Below are positions 52,648-63,366 of a DNA stretch of 64,000 bases, piece by piece. This DNA comes from an uncultured Chloroflexia bacterium. GTDB lineage: Bacteria; Chloroflexota; Limnocylindria; Limnocylindrales; CSP1-4. The position numbers were made by a program, and so were the translations under genes. The notes beneath the pieces are model-generated. The model was not told the DNA's origin and did no database searches. It saw nothing but the letters and a program-made list of their open reading frames with translations. The stretch spans positions 448,001 through 512,000 of the forward strand of contig OY970218.1 of the NCBI GenBank assembly GCA_963713975.1, read 5' to 3'. Every line of letters begins with the position of its first letter. Positions within the stretch are counted from its first letter, which is position 1.

Positions 52648-54086
52648 CGCTCGTCCTCCGGGATCCCCAGGGCGGAGATGACCGCGCGCAGCTTGATGCG
52701 CGATTCCTCCCACTCGAGATCCGGGTCCGAGTCCGCCATGATCCCGCAGCCCGCGAACAGCGTGGCGCGGGTCCGGTCCACGATCCCGCAGCGCAGCGCG
52801 ACCCACAGCTCGCCGTCGCCATCGGCTCCCAGCCAGCCCACGGGGCCCGCATACCAGCCGCGGTCGAAGCCTTCGTGCTCGTCGAGCAGGGCGAGCGCCA
52901 GGTCCCTCGGCTCGCCCCCGACGGCGGGCGTGGGGTGCAGGCGCTCCCCCAGGACGAGCAGGCCATGGGCGTCCGGGACGGTCCCCGAGATCTCGGTCAC
53001 CAGGTGCTGGACGAACCGCAGGGTCATCACGCCGGGTTCCGGGGCCACGGTCAGGCTGTCGGCCACGGGCCCGAGCAGGTCGCGGATCGAGGCGACCACG
53101 ACGGCGTGCTCCTCCCGGTCCTTCTCCGATGCCAGCAGGGCCCGGCCGAGCCGCTCGTCCTCGGCGGGGTCGGCGCCGCGGCGGATGGTCCCGGCGACCG
53201 CGACCGTGCGGAACGTGCGTCCCTGCGTGCTGACCAGGCGCTCCGGCGTCGCGCCGAGGAAGGTGCGCCCGTCGCGCCGGAACGCGTAGATGGTGCTCTC
53301 CGGGGCGCTGGCGGCCAGCCGGCGCAGGGCGTTGACCACGTCGAGCTCCACCGGCGAGCGGAGGCCGACGCGACGGGCGAGGACGACCTTGTCCAGGCGG
53401 CCCCGGCCGACGGCACCGGCGAACATCCCGACGAGGCGCCGCCAATGGTCGTGCGACGGCTGCTCGTCGACGACCGCGAGGGGTGCGAAGACGGGCATCG
53501 CGACGATGCCGTTCCTGTTCGGGGTGAGGGCCGTCGCGCGACCGGCGAGCTGGTCCCAGGTTCGCTCCAGGCGCCGCGGGTCCAGCTCGGGCGAGACGCC
53601 GGCGCCCGTGAGCGTCGCCGTGTCCCCGGTCACGCTCAGCGTCAGCTCGGGAAGGACGAGGGAGCTGGCCCCGAACGGGCCCCAGGGATCGTCCGCGTCG
53701 GGCCGCCGGCCCGTGAAGCCCATGGCTCCCAGCAGGATCGGACCGGCTCCGGCTGGCAGCGAGGCCGAGCGATCCATCTGTCCCGCGGCGATGAGCTCCC
53801 GCCAGGCTGCCTCCGCGGCGCGGAAGCGATCGGCGCCTTCGGGCTCGACCGCCCAGGCACGTCCGATCCCGACGAACGCCATGCCGTCGGACGGGCGCAT
53901 CCAGAGCGCGGCCTCGAGGCGCGCCTCCACGGCGGCCGCGTAGAGCGAGATCGGGTCGATGGCCGGCACCGGCAGCGTGGAGGCGACGAGGAGGCCGTCG
54001 GCCGAGCCATCGTCCAGGTGCCGCAGGCGCTCAGCGAGGCCGGCGTCGGACGCGTGCGAGGCGGGCACGGGCCTGACCGCCGTCAC
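52644..54086 (-). CDS. menF: Isochorismate synthase
   Basis: KVVLAR, GATPERL, AVAGT, EKDREEH, LHPTPAVGG, RGWYAGP, AGCGI..SDP..E..E. Confidence 0.94.
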   Translation of the reverse strand: MTAVRPVPASHASDAGLAERLRHLDDGSADGLLVASTLPVPAIDPISLYAAAVEARLEAALWMRPSDGMAFVGIGRAWAVEPEGADRFRAAEAAWRELIAAGQMDRSASLPAGAGPILLGAMGFTGRRPDADDPWGPFGASSLVLPELTLSVTGDTATLTGAGVSPELDPRRLERTWDQLAGRATALTPNRNGIVAMPVFAPLAVVDEQPSHDHWRRLVGMFAGAVGRGRLDKVVLARRVGLRSPVELDVVNALRRLAASAPESTIYAFRRDGRTFLGATPERLVSTQGRTFRTVAVAGTIRRGADPAEDERLGRALLASEKDREEHAVVVASIRDLLGPVADSLTVAPEPGVMTLRFVQHLVTEISGTVPDAHGLLVLGERLHPTPAVGGEPRDLALALLDEHEGFDRGWYAGPVGWLGADGDGELWVALRCGIVDRTRATLFAGCGIMADSDPDLEWEESRIKLRAVISALGIPEDER

Positions 54087-54745
54087 CGGGTGGCCTCCGG
54101 GAACACCCACTCGGGACCCGGCACCGGCACCTCGCCGATTCGCTCGGCGGGGACACCCGCGCTCCGCAGCAGGGCCGCCCGCAGGGCGGGGTACGCGTCC
54201 TCCAGTCCGGCCGCCTGGTCGGCGAGCAGCCACCGAGCGACCACCTCGTTGATGGCCCCGAACCAGGCGATGCTCGTAACCCTGGTGTCCATCGGGGGTG
54301 CGGCTCCTGCGGCCACGGCCTCGTCCAGGTAGCCCTGGATCAGCGTGGCGAAGCGTGCGTGGAGCGCGTTGGTCTCGGCCTGGAACACGCGGCCGGCGCC
54401 CATCGTGTCCAGGAATAGCAGGCGGGCCATGGTCCGGTGCCCGGCGAACGTGGCGAGGACGGCGTGGATCGCGGCCTCGGCCCTGGCCACGGGCTCGGTC
54501 TCGAGCGCGACGGCCTTCTCCACGCGACCGACCAGCTTGTCCGCGGTCGTCTGCATCAGCTCGCGGAAGATCGCTTCCTTGGTGGGGAAGTGGAAGTAGA
54601 TGCCGCCCTTGGAGGTCTCCGACGCACCCGCGATGTCGTCGACGGCCGTGTCCCGGTACCCACGCGTGGCAAAGGCCGTGAACGCGGCGTCCAGGATCCG
54701 CTCCCGGCGGGTGCGGCTCTGCTCGGAGGGGTCGGGGCGGGCCAT
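54083..54745 (-). CDS. TetR/AcrR family regulator heading the men operon
   Basis: RERILDAA...F...GY..T.VDDIA......KGGIYFHFPTKE; overlaps menF by 4 nt; GAGG RBS before ATG 54745. Confidence 0.93.
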   Translation of the reverse strand: MARPDPSEQSRTRRERILDAAFTAFATRGYRDTAVDDIAGASETSKGGIYFHFPTKEAIFRELMQTTADKLVGRVEKAVALETEPVARAEAAIHAVLATFAGHRTMARLLFLDTMGAGRVFQAETNALHARFATLIQGYLDEAVAAGAAPPMDTRVTSIAWFGAINEVVARWLLADQAAGLEDAYPALRAALLRSAGVPAERIGEVPVPGPEWVFPEATR

Positions 54746-54774
54746 CGCTGCGTCCTCTGGCGGGCATCGGGACA

Positions 54775-54796
54775 ACCGACCGACCAGTCGGTCGGT
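54775..54796. promoter_or_regulatory. Perfect 10-bp inverted repeat, putative TetR operator
   Basis: ACCGACCGAC-CA-GTCGGTCGGT, 7 nt downstream of a minus-strand TAGCAT -10 box (54804-54809). Confidence 0.8.
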
Positions 54797-55005
54797 CACG
54801 CGCATGCTACACCGGACACCGCGACAACGTGCGCGCCACGTGTATCGAGTTTCTGCCGTCGCGCCGGTCTTTCGCAGGCGGCCGTCTCCAAGGTCGAGCG
54901 TGGGCCAGCCCGTCTCGTTCGCAGGGACCCTCGCATGTCAGCGCGGAGGCCGCGAACAGTCACGCACTATGTGGCGGCAGCCGGCACGGCGCCGACCTCG
55001 CGTGC

Positions 55006-55653
55006 CTAGACCCCCAGGTCCTCCAGCCGATCGTCGAGCCCGATGAGGATCAGCTCGTCACCGGCCCTGATCGCGTCGTCGCGATGCGGGTTCACCGTCA
55101 CGTCATCGCCACGGCGCAGCGCGATTGGCGTCAGGCGCAGCCGGTTCGCGAGGTCGAGCTCCCGGAACGTCTTGCCGACGAACGACTCCGGCGGTCGCAC
55201 CTTGACGATCCCGAACCGCGGCGCGACGTCGAGGTAGTCGACGACGTTGGGCACGCTGAACGAGTGGGCGACCCGGCGCCCCATCTCCCGCTCAGGGAAG
55301 ACCACCCGATCCGCGCCAACCCGTTCCAGGATCGTCCCGTGGAGCGGGCTGCCCGCCTTCGCGATCACGTTGCGGACGCCCAGCTTCTTGAGCGCCATCG
55401 TGGCGAAGATGCTGGCCTCGATCCCGCTGGAGATCGCGACGATGGCGTGGTCGAACTCGGCCGCACCCACGGCCCGGAGCGCCTGCTCATCGGCCGCGTC
55501 CAACTGCATTGCGTGCGTCACGTCCGGCGCGATGTCGTTGACGATCGCCTCATTGGAGTCGATGGCCAGCACCTCGTGCCCCAGGCTCATGAGGCCTCGC
55601 GCCGCCGCGGAGCCGAACCTCCCGAGGCCAAGGACCAGCACTGCGTGCTTCAT
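55006..55653 (-). CDS. ktrA: Ktr/Trk potassium uptake regulatory subunit (RCK_N + RCK_C)
   Basis: VLGLGRFG, GADRVVFPEREMG.RVA, C-terminal RCK_C domain. Confidence 0.92.
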   Translation of the reverse strand: MKHAVLVLGLGRFGSAAARGLMSLGHEVLAIDSNEAIVNDIAPDVTHAMQLDAADEQALRAVGAAEFDHAIVAISSGIEASIFATMALKKLGVRNVIAKAGSPLHGTILERVGADRVVFPEREMGRRVAHSFSVPNVVDYLDVAPRFGIVKVRPPESFVGKTFRELDLANRLRLTPIALRRGDDVTVNPHRDDAIRAGDELILIGLDDRLEDLGV

Positions 55654-55669
55654 GCATCTCCTTCCGGGA

Positions 55670-57094
55670 TCAGCCGATACGAATAGTCTCGATGGCCGGC
55701 CGGTACCGGACCGGCCGCCGGCGCGCCGAGAGGGCGATGACGAGGGTGAGTGGCCCCAGCCGGCCGATGAACATCGCGGGCACGAGCCACAGGCGAGCGC
55801 CGTCGGGCAGGGTGGGGGTGATGCCGGTCGAGGCACCGACGGTTCCGACCGCCGACACGGACTCGAACAGGACACTCACAAAGGACCGCGCCGCCAGGAG
55901 CTCGAGTCCGAGAGCGAACACGAAGACCGCGCCCGCCGACAGCAGGACGACGGAGAGGGCCCGATAGACGAGCAGATGCGGCACCCGACGCCCGAGGGCC
56001 TCGGCGGAAGGCCTCCCCCGCGCCGTCGAGATGATCGTGAACACCAGGATGGAGAAGGTGTTCACCTTGATGCCTCCGGCCGTTGAGCCCGAGGCACCGC
56101 CGATGAACATCAGCCCCATGACGACGAACAGCGTGGCGACAGCCAGCTCGCCCGTCGGCAGCGCGCTGAAGCCAGCGGTCCGCAGGGTCGCAGACTCGAA
56201 CAGCGCGTTGAGCAGGCGCTGCGCCTCTGGCATTCGCCCCAGCGTGGCGGGGTTGTTCCACTCGAAGACGGCGATCGCCGTGGCGCCGCCAAGCAGGAGA
56301 GCCGCGGTCGCGAGCAGGACCAGCTTCGTCTCCAGGGCAAACCGCCGCCACCGGCGCTTGCCCAGGGCGTCGCCGATGATCGCGTAGCCGAGGCCCCCGG
56401 CAACGATCAGCAGGCCGATCGGGACCAGGATGGACGGGTCGTCGGCGTACGGGGCCAGGCTCCGGAAGCCGCCGGTGAGGTCGAAGCCGGCATTGTTGAA
56501 CGCGGAGATGGCCAGGAACAGGCCGTTCCATGCGGCCTTCCCGGCATCGCCAAAGCGGGCCAGGAAGGCGAGCGACAAGACGATGGCGCCGAGCCCTTCG
56601 GCGATCATCGTGAACACTGCGACCCGCCGGATGACGGTGGTCACGGACCCAAGGTCGGCGACGCCCGTGGACTCCTGGGCGAGGATCCGATCCCGCAGTC
56701 CCGTCCGACGCCCGGCGAGCAGGAGCAACAGCAGCGTGGACCCGGTCATGAACCCGAACCCGCCGACTTGGATGAGCAGCAGGATCACCACCTGCCCGGC
56801 CGGACTCCAGTAGGTGCCCGTATCGACGACGACGAGGCCAGTGACACAGACGGCGGACGTCGCGATGAACAGCGCATCGAGCGGCCTGGTCCAGGTGCCA
56901 TCGGCGGCCGCGAACGGCAGGGTGAGCAGCACGGAGCCAACCGCGATGACGACTGCGAACCCGGCGATCAGGACGACCGCCGGCGACGGCGGCGGTCGGC
57001 GCATGCGTCGCTCGCGACCGACGTGGAACTCCTGGGGCTTGACCCGCTCGACGCGCACGCGCTTGTCACCCGCCCGCTGCCCCTGGAGCTTCAC
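55670..57094 (-). CDS. ktrB: Ktr/Trk potassium uptake membrane subunit
   Basis: SAVCVTGL, SAFNNAGF, RTAGF, FIGGASGSTAGGIK, SAVGTVG, MFIGRLGPLT. Confidence 0.93.
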   Translation of the reverse strand: MKLQGQRAGDKRVRVERVKPQEFHVGRERRMRRPPPSPAVVLIAGFAVVIAVGSVLLTLPFAAADGTWTRPLDALFIATSAVCVTGLVVVDTGTYWSPAGQVVILLLIQVGGFGFMTGSTLLLLLLAGRRTGLRDRILAQESTGVADLGSVTTVIRRVAVFTMIAEGLGAIVLSLAFLARFGDAGKAAWNGLFLAISAFNNAGFDLTGGFRSLAPYADDPSILVPIGLLIVAGGLGYAIIGDALGKRRWRRFALETKLVLLATAALLLGGATAIAVFEWNNPATLGRMPEAQRLLNALFESATLRTAGFSALPTGELAVATLFVVMGLMFIGGASGSTAGGIKVNTFSILVFTIISTARGRPSAEALGRRVPHLLVYRALSVVLLSAGAVFVFALGLELLAARSFVSVLFESVSAVGTVGASTGITPTLPDGARLWLVPAMFIGRLGPLTLVIALSARRRPVRYRPAIETIRIG

Positions 57095-57291
57095 CGGGGG
57101 ACGCCGTGGTCGGACGCAGTGTCGTGGCGGTTGCGACGCGGGACGCTGGGCACGCAGGTCACGACGCGGCGTCTAGTGGCGTGGCGAGGTGCGAGGCCTG
57201 GGGTAGCGGCACCGGATGGTGGTGGCGTCCGCGGCAGGGCGGCGCGGGCGACCTGCGGTCCCCCGCCCCTCGATCATCCTGCCTGGCGCAA

Positions 57292-57534
57292 CTAGTGGGC
57301 CCGCTGGTAGGCGACGGCGACGCCGCCGACCATCCGCTCCACGCCCCGCAGGCACTCGAGCTGGGACTCGTCCAGGGCGGCCGGCGCGAGACCGGCCCTC
57401 GTGGCCGGATCGGCCAGCGGGGCGCCTGCCACGTAGACAAGGACCACGTCCGCGCCGATCGTCTGCTCCGTCTCCTGGACCAGGGCGAGCGCCCGCTCAT
57501 CCAGTGGCGCCCAGTTCCAACCGCTGTCGTTCAT
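57292..57534 (-). CDS. Small hypothetical protein with an internal duplication
   Basis: AGGAG RBS; two copies of A.LDE..L......E...G...V.Y. Confidence 0.65.
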   Translation of the reverse strand: MNDSGWNWAPLDERALALVQETEQTIGADVVLVYVAGAPLADPATRAGLAPAALDESQLECLRGVERMVGGVAVAYQRAH

Positions 57535-57638
57535 CGTCGGCTCCTGCAGCGTGTAGGTCCCGAGTATCCGCGCTCGCGCAAGCCACGTCACGGCCGCCAC
57601 GTCACGTCGCGCAGCAGTGCCCCGGGTCCAGGGCGTGA

Positions 57639-57671
57639 AGATCGCCCGCCTGGAGGCCCGGCGGGCGATCT
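57639..57671 (-). terminator. Hairpin downstream of dnaK (probable terminator)
   Basis: 12-bp perfect stem AGATCGCCCGCC / GGCGGGCGATCT with a 9-nt loop, about 25 nt after the dnaK stop; weak U-tract. Confidence 0.6.
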
Positions 57672-57695
57672 GGATCGCGCGGTTCGGTGGAGGAG

Positions 57696-59627
<1,932 letters not shown>

Positions 59628-59681
59628 TCGGGTGTCTCCTGGAAGCTCTGGTTCAGGTGAGGTTGGTGTCGGATGTGGTTG

Positions 59682-60281
59682 TCAGTGCACGGGCCCGGAG
59701 GGGTCGACGCCATCGGCGTCCATGGCCGTGGGCGGGGTCTCGTCGGCTGCCGCCACCGCGACCAGCGCGGGCCGGATGACCCGGTCGCGGAGCCGGTAGC
59801 CGCGGCGGACCTCCCCGACGATCTCGCCCTCGGGCCGCCCGGTCCCGGGGATGCTCACGACGGCCTCGTGGTCGCGGGGATCGAACGGGGTGCCGGGCGC
59901 CGCCTCGAGCTGCGTGACGCCCTCGCTCTCGAGCAGGAGACGCAGCTTGCGGTCGATCGCCCCGATCCCCTCGGCCCAGGCGTTGCCGTTCATATCGGCG
60001 GGGCGCGTCTCGATCGCCCGGTCGAAGTCGTCCGCGAGATTGAGGACCTTGGCGATGAGGTCCACGCCCGCGAGCCCCAGGTCGCGCTGGCGCTCCTCCG
60101 CGGTGCGGCGCTTGAAGTTGGTGAACTCCGCGCGCTCACGCTGGAGCAGGCCGACGTACTCGTCCACCTTGGCGATGGCCTCGTCACGCTCGGCGGTCAC
60201 GGCCTCGAGCTGCTGGCTCAGGGCTGCCGGCGAGACATCGAGCTCGTCGATGCGCTCCTGGGCACGGGTCTTGCTCTTCAT
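59682..60281 (-). CDS. grpE: Nucleotide exchange factor GrpE
   Basis: RAEFTNFKRR, DDFDRA, FDP..HEAV, GY.L.DRVIRPALV.V; start ATG 60281 (alternative 60317). Confidence 0.95.
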   Translation of the reverse strand: MKSKTRAQERIDELDVSPAALSQQLEAVTAERDEAIAKVDEYVGLLQRERAEFTNFKRRTAEERQRDLGLAGVDLIAKVLNLADDFDRAIETRPADMNGNAWAEGIGAIDRKLRLLLESEGVTQLEAAPGTPFDPRDHEAVVSIPGTGRPEGEIVGEVRRGYRLRDRVIRPALVAVAAADETPPTAMDADGVDPSGPVH

Positions 60282-60309
60282 GGATCTCCGGGTGCCGGTG
60301 GTGGGGTCG

Positions 60310-61374
60310 TCAGGCATAGAGGTGGTCGGTGAGCTCGTTGAGCAGGCCGGACACGAAGCGCACGGTGCCGATTGCCTGCGGGTACGCCATCCGGGTCGGT
60401 CCCAGCACGCCGACGACGCCGATGGCGTGACCGGGTCGTCCGTACGGGGCCAGCACCAGGGACACGTCGGCCATCTCCTCGGCCGGGTTCTCGCTGCCGA
60501 TGAAGACGCAGACCCGGCCGGACCTGGCGACACCATCGATCAGCTGGGCGAGGTAGGCGCGGTTCTCGAGCGCGGCGAAGACGCGGCGGAGCTTCTCGCT
60601 CTGCGCGAACTCGGGCGCTGCCATGACGTTGAGCAGGCCGTCGCTGAACAGCTCCTCGATGGCGGCGCTGTCGAACTCCTCCAGCGCACGCACCACGCGC
60701 TCGCCGACCCGGCGGGGAAGGTCGGCCGCCGGGTCCGCGGCATCGAGGGCGGCGAGGACCCCCGCCGCCTCGGTGGCGGTGAGGCCGTCGAGCAGGACGT
60801 TGAGGAGGTTCGCCACGGCGGACAGCTGGTCCTGATCGGTCGGTCCATCGAGGGTGATCAGCACCTGCTTCAGGGCGCCCTCGCGCAAGACCAGGATCAG
60901 GCTTGCGAGGCGGTCGCTGATGCTGACGAGGTCGAGCCGTCGCAGGTGGGCAGCGCTTGGCTTGGCCGGGGTCGCCAGGCCGGCGGCACGGGTCACGGAT
61001 GCCAGGGTAGTGGCGGCCAGACGGAACCAGTGCTCGCTCGCGTACTCCACCTGCCCGAACTGGTGGCGGATCATCAGCTGCTCCACCGGCGGCAGCGGCA
61101 CCGACTCCACGATGGACTCCACGAAGTAGCGGTAGCCCTGCTCGGTGGGGACGCGGCCGGCAGACGTGTGGGGGTGCATCAGCAGGCCGGCCGCCTCGAG
61201 CTCGGCGAGCACAGCGCGGACGGTGGCGCTGGAGACGCCCAGGCGGTAGCGCTCCACGAGGGCGTGGCTGCCTACGGGCGTTGCGCTGGTGACGTATTCC
61301 TCGATGACGGCCCGGAGGATCGCCTGGGAGCGAAGGTCAAGGGGGCCGCTGGAGCGACGCACGCGACGCGCCAT
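60310..61374 (-). CDS. hrcA: Heat-inducible transcription repressor HrcA
   Basis: IL.AVIEEYV.SA.PVGS, SSATVR, HPHTSAGRVPT..GYRYFV, GVLGPTRM.Y. Confidence 0.96.
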   Translation of the reverse strand: MARRVRRSSGPLDLRSQAILRAVIEEYVTSATPVGSHALVERYRLGVSSATVRAVLAELEAAGLLMHPHTSAGRVPTEQGYRYFVESIVESVPLPPVEQLMIRHQFGQVEYASEHWFRLAATTLASVTRAAGLATPAKPSAAHLRRLDLVSISDRLASLILVLREGALKQVLITLDGPTDQDQLSAVANLLNVLLDGLTATEAAGVLAALDAADPAADLPRRVGERVVRALEEFDSAAIEELFSDGLLNVMAAPEFAQSEKLRRVFAALENRAYLAQLIDGVARSGRVCVFIGSENPAEEMADVSLVLAPYGRPGHAIGVVGVLGPTRMAYPQAIGTVRFVSGLLNELTDHLYA

Positions 61375-61392
61375 GGGGCTCTCCTGCATTGG

Positions 61393-61419
61393 TTAGCACT
61401 CGAACCATGAGAGTGCTAA
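61393..61419. promoter_or_regulatory. CIRCE operator (HrcA site)
   Basis: Perfect TTAGCACTC-N9-GAGTGCTAA immediately upstream of hrcA. Confidence 0.97.
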
Positions 61420-61432
61420 CTGCGTTGCTGGC

Positions 61433-61462
61433 AGTCTAGCAATCGCCCCTCGTGAGTGTCAA
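61433..61462 (-). promoter_or_regulatory. Sigma70 promoter of the hrcA operon, overlapping a second degenerate CIRCE
   Basis: Minus-strand TTGACA-N18-TAGACT; plus-strand CTAGCAATC-N9-GAGTGTCAA at 61436-61462. Confidence 0.8.
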
Positions 61463-61504
61463 CGCGGCGGCGACGGCCGTGCCGTCCGATGCGCCATCGC
61501 CTCC

Positions 61505-63244
61505 TCAGGTACGGCCCAGCAGCGCCCCGAACCGCGCCCGGGCGTCCGCTGCCGACGGGTCGCCCAGGGCCGCGGCGGCCAGGGCCTGCAGTTCCGCCGC
61601 GTCGGCCGAGCGGAGCGCCCGCCGGACGGCCGGCAGGGACGCAGCCCCCATCGACAGCTGTCGGACCCCGAGGCCCACGAGTGCCAGGGCCGCGACCGGG
61701 TCGCCACCCATCTCCCCGCAGACGGAGAGCGAGATCCCGGCCCGTGCCGCGCTCTCGGCGGCCATCGCGATCAGGCGCAGCACGGCGGGGTGCATCGCGT
61801 CTCGATAGCGCTCCAGCGCCGGGTTGCCGCGGTCCACCGCCAGCGTGTACTGCGTCAGGTCGTTGGTCCCGAGGCTGGCGAAGGCGACCTCGCCGAACCA
61901 CGAGTCCGCGGACAGGATCGCCGACGGGATCTCGAGCATCACGCCGAGGTCCACCTCGGTGAACTGCACGCCGTCGGCACGAAGCCCGTCGCGCGCCAGG
62001 GCCGCCAGCTCCAGGAGCTGCGCCGCATCACCGGCGTCGGCGACCATCGGCGCCATCACCTTGACCGGGCCTGCGAGCGCGGCCCGATAGCAGGCACGCA
62101 GCTGGGTGACAAAGACCTCCGGCCGGTCCGTGGCCAGGCGCAGCGCCCGGACTCCAAGGAAGGGGTTGGCCTCCTCGGGCATGGGCAGGTACGGGATGGG
62201 CTTGTCACCACCGACGTCGAGCAGCCGGATGGTGACTGGGTCGCCCTCGAACGCCTCGACCGCCTGACGGTACGCAGCCGCCTGCTCATCCTCGCTGGGT
62301 GGCGTGGACCGCTCCAGGAACAGGAACTCGGTGCGGAACAGGCCGACGCCCCGCGCCCCCAGCGCACGGGCCGGCGCCGCCTCGCCCGGTGTGCCGATGT
62401 TGGCGAGCAGCGTCACCTCGACACCGTCCCGGGTCACGGCGGGCAGGTTCGCCTCGTCGAGGTCGGCCTCCCTCGACTTCGCCAACCGGGCCGCCCTCGC
62501 GTCCAGGTCGGCGACGGCCGCCGTGTCGGGTGCGATCAGCACCTCGCCCGTGCTCCCGTCGATCGCCAGCTCCGCGTCCCGGCCCGCGGCCTCGAGCGCC
62601 ACGAGGATCCCCTTCGCACCCACGACGGCGGGGATGCCGTATGCCCGGGCCAGGATCGCGGCATGGGCGGTCGGCGAACCCGCCTCGAGGACGATGCCCA
62701 GGATGTGGTCGCGCGGCAGGGTCGCGGTCAGCGAGGGAGAGAGGTCCTCCGCCACGACGATCGCGGGCGCGGGCAGCAGCTCACCCTCCGGGGGCAGGCC
62801 CGCCAGCAGCCGCGCGATCCGGTCCGCCACGTCGATCACGTCGGCGGCCCGCGCCGAGAGGATCTCGTCGTCGAGGGCGGCGAGCATCGCCGCGACGCCA
62901 GCCCCCGCCGCGACGATCGCGGCCACGCCATCCTCGTGCGCGTCGCGGATCCGCGCCGCCGCGGTGTCGACCAGGGCCGGATCCGCCGCCATCGCCGCGT
63001 GGGCCATGAAGATCGCGGCCTCGTCGTCGTGCCCGGCCGCCCCGACCTGGTCCGCGACCTCCATGAGGTCGTCCGAGGCCTGGTTGGCGGCCGCACGCAG
63101 CCGCGCCTCCTCGGCCGCCACCGCGCCATCCGCCACGTGGCCGCCGGTAGGCAGGGACTGGCGTCGCACGTGCGCCCACGGGCCCCGCGCAACCCCCGGT
63201 GCCGCCGCGACTCCCGCGAGTCGCCGACCCTCCGTTAACGCCAT
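61505..63244 (-). CDS. ptsI: PEP-protein phosphotransferase (PTS enzyme I)
   Basis: GSPTAHAAILAR (phospho-His), GVGLFRTEFLF, D.GGDK, NPFLGVR, GTNDLTQY, VCGE. Confidence 0.95.
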   Translation of the reverse strand: MALTEGRRLAGVAAAPGVARGPWAHVRRQSLPTGGHVADGAVAAEEARLRAAANQASDDLMEVADQVGAAGHDDEAAIFMAHAAMAADPALVDTAAARIRDAHEDGVAAIVAAGAGVAAMLAALDDEILSARAADVIDVADRIARLLAGLPPEGELLPAPAIVVAEDLSPSLTATLPRDHILGIVLEAGSPTAHAAILARAYGIPAVVGAKGILVALEAAGRDAELAIDGSTGEVLIAPDTAAVADLDARAARLAKSREADLDEANLPAVTRDGVEVTLLANIGTPGEAAPARALGARGVGLFRTEFLFLERSTPPSEDEQAAAYRQAVEAFEGDPVTIRLLDVGGDKPIPYLPMPEEANPFLGVRALRLATDRPEVFVTQLRACYRAALAGPVKVMAPMVADAGDAAQLLELAALARDGLRADGVQFTEVDLGVMLEIPSAILSADSWFGEVAFASLGTNDLTQYTLAVDRGNPALERYRDAMHPAVLRLIAMAAESAARAGISLSVCGEMGGDPVAALALVGLGVRQLSMGAASLPAVRRALRSADAAELQALAAAALGDPSAADARARFGALLGRT

Positions 63245-63366
63245 CCTGCCGAACCTCCGCTCACCGGCCGCCGGGGCGCCGCGGTCACGACCATTGTTGT
63301 TGATCGCGACCCGGGCCGCTCGCCGGGCCGCTCACGGGACCTGCGCCGGACCACGCACAGGCCCGC

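Noticed and set aside
42953-54805. Long N-terminal extensions or apparent fusions in the ORF-track versions of MFS, menC, menA, menB, menH, menD, menF and tetR
   Set aside because: The extensions overlap upstream genes in other frames; true starts coincide with stop/start overlaps or RBS/-10 signals. Only the MenE-hydrolase fusion is supported
57095-57290. Possible c-di-AMP (ydaO) riboswitch upstream of ktrB, expected given the PgpH-like gene
   Set aside because: The conserved GCTGAATCC and CCGTCAGCTAAC elements were not found
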